From Piromyces finnis finn (taxonomy: Eukaryota > Fungi > Neocallimastigomycota): a DNA stretch of 45,324 bases. The notes below the pieces were generated by a model. It was not told the DNA's origin. It searched no databases and saw only the letters and a program-made list of their open reading frames with translations. The translations under genes and the position numbers were made by a program. The stretch is from contig MCFH01000110.1 in the NCBI GenBank assembly GCA_002104945.1, positions 1 to 45,324 of the forward strand, given 5' to 3'. Positions within the stretch are counted from its first letter, which is position 1. Each line of letters opens with the position of its first letter. Below are positions 40,155-45,324 of the stretch, in pieces.

Positions 40155-42392
40155 ATGAAGGTTTATCCAGATCTTGAAAAGTTAAAAGAACCAAAATTAA
40201 AAATTGAATATAATTCTTTTCAAAAAAATAAAGAAAGTTTAAAACAAAAGGATAAAATTCATCCATTTAACAATAAAGTAACTTGAATATTTTTTAAATC
40301 AAAATAATTATAATATTCTTTTATTTCTTTAAACACACACATACACATAAATACATAACTATATTAAAAAAAAAAAAAAAAAAAAAATAGAAATATAAAA
40401 TATTTAAAATAATTATTTTTCTAAAATTTTAATATTATTATTAAAATAATGAATATAGATTGAAATTTTAATTCCAACTTCAAATGATATTACTTTTGAC
40501 CTTGAAAATAATACAACCTATTATGTTGCAAATATACCTCTTGTAGAATTATTAACTAATGAATTTATTGATAAATATATAAAAAATGGTAATTTTAATT
40601 TTCCATAGAAATTATTCAACTTTTTTTTATCATGATGTTTCTATTAACATATGACTATGTTTTTTTTTTTTTTTTATCGATAGAAGAATTTATTGCTCTT
40701 TCCTTTAAACAAAGACTTGATAATGATGATGTTTTTGCAATTGATTCTGGTATAATTTTTATTTGAAATTTAAATATATATAAATTTAAAAGAAATTTCA
40801 AATCAAATTTCATAATAAATTAATATTTCTTCTTTCTTTCATAATTTTTTTTAATTATTATATTTTATTTTATTCTATCTTATTTTAAAATGAAAAACCT
40901 ATTTAAATATGATTATATTAAAAACACAGGAATATTATATATGAATTTAACAAAAGATACCTATACATCCCTTGGTTTAGTAGGGAAATCATCAGAAATT
41001 CCAATAAACAAACAAAATCGTTTTGGTAATTAATAATATACATAAATAATAACAAGTTTATGAATTAATAAAGAATTTGTTTGTATAATGTATAACAACT
41101 AACGTTATGTTATAAAATTCTATCAATACCTATTAAATACAAATTATTATATTACATATATTTCAATGATAATAATAATAAATTAAAACATTGACAGTTA
41201 TTGAAATTAATTTACTTGAAAATTCATTTAAACCAAAGGGGAAATTATATGAAAAAGTTCAATGGTGTATGCAACATACTTTAACCTCAAAATATCAATT
41301 TTTAATTTGTTCTCCAAAAGGTATACTATTAAATAGTTAAATAGCAATCAATATAAAATAGTTTATATGTATATTATTTTCGTTTTGTAATTTTTATAAA
41401 TAAAATAATAATTTTTATCATATACATTGATTAATTCTTTATTTTAATTATTTAACAAAAAAAATTTATTGTTTTTTTTTATTATTTTATAATATTCATC
41501 TTTTATATATATATATATAAGAAATTGAAAATAATGATTTAAGTGATATTAAAACTTTTGATATAAAAAAAGAAGACTTTACATTCCCCAATATCTTAAT
41601 ACCCTCACTTAAACATATTACTCAACCTACTAAACTTTCACCTTTATGGTGTAGTCATGCTACTGATATATTTGAATGGTTGGGTATGCTTTCTTGTCAA
41701 TCTAAAAGGTATAAATTTTAAAAAATATACATTAAGAATTGATAAAAATAAGTTTTTTTATTTAAAAATAAATAAAAAATTTTTTAACCTAAATATATTA
41801 CTATAGAATCTTGGGGGATTATCGTGTAGATCCATATTATTCTGTATACAAACCACCAACACCATTTAAACCAGGAGATATTCAATCCATTTCATTTACT
41901 GGTTTCATTCCAGCTTCATTTGTAAGATCAACTATAAACAAATTAAGGTAAATTAATTTATATTTAAATATAGCCATTTAATTTATTTTATTTTATTTTA
42001 TTTTATTTTATTTTATTTTATTTTATTTTATTTTATTTTATTTTATTTTATTTTATTTATGAATTTTTTTACCAACCCTTATTATTTTCTAATGAAACTA
42101 ACAACATCAATATCATGATTATATTTTGATATATTAATATGCTCTCTATCAATAATAATAATACATCAACAGAGAAATTATAATAAAAAAAGCATTGCCA
42201 TGGGCAAGTATCATAGTGTGGGGGTTTAATGATTCACCTATTACATGGAATAAAAAAGAACATGGTTATTTAATGAATGGTGAAAATGATTCTGCTTATT
42301 TAATTTTTGGAACAGAAGATCAAGTAACACCTGAAATTACTGCTGATCGTTTTCTTTTATATCAAACTATTAGTGCTTTAGATATTTATTAA
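40155..42392 (+). CDS. RPP40: RNase P/MRP protein subunit p40 (RPP40), 8 exons: 40155-40277, 40459-40588, 40684-40749, 40930-41025, 41198-41320, 41522-41708, 41807-41947, 42173-42392
   Basis: The spliced translation contains GILYMNLTKDTYTSLGLVGK, DIFEWLG, FTGFIP and the family C-terminal signature WASIIVWGFNDSPITW...EHGYL.NGEN. All junctions are in phase. Confidence 0.88.
41985..42055. repeat. (TTTTA)n pentanucleotide microsatellite in RPP40 intron 7
   Basis: Read directly. Confidence 0.95.
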
Positions 42393-42744
42393 AAAGAAGA
42401 TTTATAAAATTTTAAAATACAATGAAAAGAAGAATTAATATCATAAGGATAAAATATTATTCTCATCGTTTATTATTAAAATAAATGAAACAATATTGTT
42501 TAATATCAAATATTTCATAACCGCTTTAAAAGTTACTTATATTTTGAAAAGAAAAAATGTTGTTGTTTTTTTTATACAGTAAATAAAAATATATAGAACA
42601 TATATGTTTACATTTGTTTTAATTTTAAAATTACAAAAATCTATATTATTTAGTTAAATAAATATATATATTATTCAAATAATTTTGAATTTTTTTTTTA
42701 TTTTATTAAAAGTAAAACATATAAACTGTCGTTATATATCATTG

Positions 42745-42787
42745 CTATTACTATTATTATTACTATTATTATTAGTAATAGTAGTAA

Positions 42788-42845
<58 letters not shown>
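42745..42845. repeat. Compound (TAT)n(TAG)n(TTG)n microsatellite between RPP40 and the CE4 gene
   Basis: Read directly; it produces the poly-L/poly-V ORF 42685..42870. Confidence 0.93.
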
Positions 42846-42850
<5 letters not shown>

Positions 42851-43322
42851 TATTTTATAATAGCTTTTAGTAAAAAACGATATAACAACTTATATAAAAA
42901 TATTAAAATAAATAAAAAGAAAATATATTATTTAAAATTTAAAAAATTTTTTTATTTTATTATTTTATTACTATATTTATTATGAAAATAAATATTAAAA
43001 TCTCTATTTTATATTTCTAAAATTTCTAGTTTTTTTATTATATAAACAGTAATTAATAGGAATTGTATAATACATATTAAAGTATTTTTTTTAAAAAAAA
43101 AAAAAAAATAAAAAGGTTAATAAAATACTAAATAAATATATAAATAATATACTATATTATTTATATATTTATTAACTATCTTTTTTTCCAAAAGTAAAGA
43201 TACTTTATTTTCTATCTTTCTTTATTACTTTTATTTTTTTTTATTCATATGAATAGGAATATAAAAAATAATTAATATAAAAAAAGAAGATTATTATTAA
43301 TATATTATTTGTAATCTTATTT

Positions 43323-44366
43323 TTAATTTTTGTAAGCAGGAACGCCAAGACATTTATCCATAGTAACTGCTTCATAACCATTTTTTAACATAAAATCAAT
43401 TTCTGTTTCAATTAGTTCAATTAGTTGAAGTATTTTTTCATCGCTATCTTCATAAAGACAACTATGATGTAAAGTTATAGCAGATTTACCAAGATTTTTT
43501 TTGAGTAATGTAAGATTATAATTAAAAATTTCTTCATAAGGTAAAGTTTTATCCCAATCCCTAGAATCAATATTCCAGTTAACAGCAGCTGAATAACCAA
43601 GTTTTTTAAGAACATCTATAACAATAGGAGAACCAAATCCTGAACCCCATGGTGTACGAATAATGGCTGTTCTTTTTTTAATAATTTCTTCAACAGCATC
43701 TTCAAGATCTTTGACGTTTTTAATAATATCTGCTTCAGAAAGAGAAGTAAGGTCCGTATGAGTCGAAGTATGAGAACCAATAATATGGCCTTCATCATAT
43801 ATTCTTTTTATAATTTTTTTGTTTTTATTGGAAAGGCTTTCTTTATTCCCAATAACAAAGAAAGTAGCTTTAACACCTTTTTTTTTAAGTAAATCAAGTA
43901 TAGCATTATCAAAACTAGTTGGTCCATCTTCGAAAGTAATAGCCCAATAATTATTCTTAACGCATGTATTATAGAATTTAAAGTTTTTTACAACACTTTG
44001 GTCATTATCAGTAGAACTTTCATTACAAATACCAAATTTAGATTGACAACCACTTAAACAGTATTTTTCACCCTTTCCACACCAACCATAGGATGAACAG
44101 CATTGACCTTCTGGACATATACCGTAACCATGACCGCATCGACCATCAGTAGAAATAGTATTATCTATACCATCACAAATACCAAATTTAGATTGGCAAC
44201 CAGTACTACAATAATCGGAAGTCTTACCGCACCATCCATATTTAGAACAACAATATCCTTCAGAACATTTACCATAGTCACTACCACAACGTTTGTTTTT
44301 TTCTGCTAAAACAGATTTTGAAGAAATCAAAGCAAGGATAGTTAAAGTAAAATTGATAAACTTCAT
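43323..44366 (-). CDS. Secreted polysaccharide (chitin) deacetylase: signal peptide + 2x CBM18 + CE4/NodB domain, intronless, 347 aa
   Basis: Hydrophobic signal peptide and two hevein/CBM18 modules ([18 protein letters not shown]). CE4 motifs: TFEDGP, HTSTH, RTPWG, DSRDW, TLHH. Confidence 0.95.
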   Translation of the reverse strand: MKFINFTLTILALISSKSVLAEKNKRCGSDYGKCSEGYCCSKYGWCGKTSDYCSTGCQSKFGICDGIDNTISTDGRCGHGYGICPEGQCCSSYGWCGKGEKYCLSGCQSKFGICNESSTDNDQSVVKNFKFYNTCVKNNYWAITFEDGPTSFDNAILDLLKKKGVKATFFVIGNKESLSNKNKKIIKRIYDEGHIIGSHTSTHTDLTSLSEADIIKNVKDLEDAVEEIIKKRTAIIRTPWGSGFGSPIVIDVLKKLGYSAAVNWNIDSRDWDKTLPYEEIFNYNLTLLKKNLGKSAITLHHSCLYEDSDEKILQLIELIETEIDFMLKNGYEAVTMDKCLGVPAYKN

Positions 44367-44635
44367 TTTTTTTTTTTAGTTATTTATATTTGTTTTATAT
44401 TGTTTTATATTGTTTGTTTGTTTTTTATTTAATCTACTTATTTATAAATATAAATCAATAGGATGAAACTATTTAGAAAATATTTAAATCTATTATATTT
44501 ATATAATAATTTTCAACTTTTTTTAATTTTTTTTTTTTATTTTATTTTTTATTTTTTATTTTTTACTTTCTTTTTTCAATTATTTATAAATATTTGAATC
44601 CCATATATAATTTTTTTTTTTTTTTTTTTTTTTTT

Positions 44636-45253
44636 AACTTCCGAGTGCATTTCTCCCCATCGATCAGAGTTAGCTCCAATGGTGGTTCTTAGAGAAACGT
44701 TGGCTCATTCCTATTGCTAGGTGGTTGTGACCCTCCTGGTCTGTCATACTGTTTCTTCAGCTTCGACGCTCACTTAATCCATGTACATTAGATGCATGTC
44801 GTTGTACGATATTTCACAACTACAATGCTAAGCCTCTTATAGTCAATTTGATCACGTGTCAACCGCCCCCTAATGTTTACACTTAAATTGATTAAGGAAT
44901 ATTATGTGTTTTTGGCATAGCCTAAGTCATCACTTATTAAGTTCTAATTTGGAATGTACCATGTACACTAGACCCTCTCAGGCCGGCTAGACGAGTGTTA
45001 TTATCATAGTAGTAAATTAGAAAGTTCATTTATACTTACCTGAATATCATAACCCAACCCATGGCAAACCCAGTGGGAAAATCCACAGGCACTGACATCT
45101 GCGGGGTCGAACCAGAAGCCTTATGTATGCTAAGGAAACGCCTTAACAACCAGGATAAAAACTGGAACGACATCCCATATATTGTTAAGGAACCAACAAA
45201 TAATGTTATTCTTGTCATAATTAATGATTATGACCTAATCCATTATTGTTCCT
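44636..45253. other. Unidentified GC-rich non-coding island (structured RNA or mobile-element relic); may extend beyond the window
   Basis: Hand count gives 225 G+C in 540 nt (about 42%) for 44641-45180, above anything else in the window. It starts abruptly after a poly(T) run. No clean long ORF in any frame. Confidence 0.6.
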
Positions 45254-45324
45254 AAATATATGAAAACTTTACAATATTCTTATTTGTAAATTAATGTATA
45301 CACTTAAATTATATTAAAATTAAT

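Noticed and set aside
44667-44683. Minus-strand ACCATTGGAGCTAAC resembling RNase MRP RNA conserved region V
   Set aside because: No complementary CR-I (GAAAGTCTCC-like) partner for helix P4 was found upstream on that strand.
44972-44989. Minus-strand TAGCCGGCCTGAGAGGGT resembling a bacterial 16S rRNA segment
   Set aside because: The flanks on both sides do not follow 16S sequence; treated as a chance match unless BLAST extends it.
45032-45042. ATACTTACCTG, identical to the 5' end of U1 snRNA
   Set aside because: No U1-70K loop (GATCACGAAG), U1A loop (ATTGCAC) or Sm site follows on that strand. It is simply the reverse complement of a consensus donor, CAG|GTAAGTAT.
45050-45060. TAACCCAACCC as a possible telomerase RNA template
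   Set aside because: It is imperfect for TTAGGG, the host telomere repeat is not known from this window, and no other TER element was recognised.
45036-45255. Short ORFs 45036..45218(-) and 45061..45255(+), including a GKST string
   Set aside because: No recognisable domain, GKST lacks the upstream G/A of a Walker A motif, and splicing to adjacent segments gives stop codons.

Overview
Extremely AT-rich, intron-rich eukaryotic DNA with long poly(A)/poly(T) runs and (AAT)n microsatellites. Composition, GT-AG introns and a secreted CBM18-CBM18-CE4 gene point to an anaerobic gut fungus (Neocallimastigomycota); this is inference. I built 13 protein-coding gene models by hand, with 48 introns whose phases all join in frame: PNKP, an Snm1/RMP24-type RNase MRP subunit, cactin, an ~880-aa metacaspase, PIG-V/Gpi18, Cue1, RPC34, an intronless bacterial-type TauE/SafE transporter (probable HGT), a 1108-aa low-complexity orphan, a PP2C phosphatase, TAF7, RPP40 and a chitin-binding polysaccharide deacetylase. 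I found no tRNA, rRNA, CRISPR array or identifiable transposon ORF. No complete novel system can be proven from sequence alone. The best leads are: (1) an unexplained ~42% GC non-coding island at 44636-45253; (2) strongly relaxed splice signals (18/48 AAG acceptors, only 8/48 donors with +5G, poly(A) before the acceptor); (3) a metacaspase with an ~570-aa N-terminal arm carrying a Cys-x-Ser-Pro repeat; (4) the bacterial-type TauE gene; (5) 11 consecutive genes in strictly alternating orientation, with a shared ACA(C/T)GTG motif in four of the five divergent promoters.
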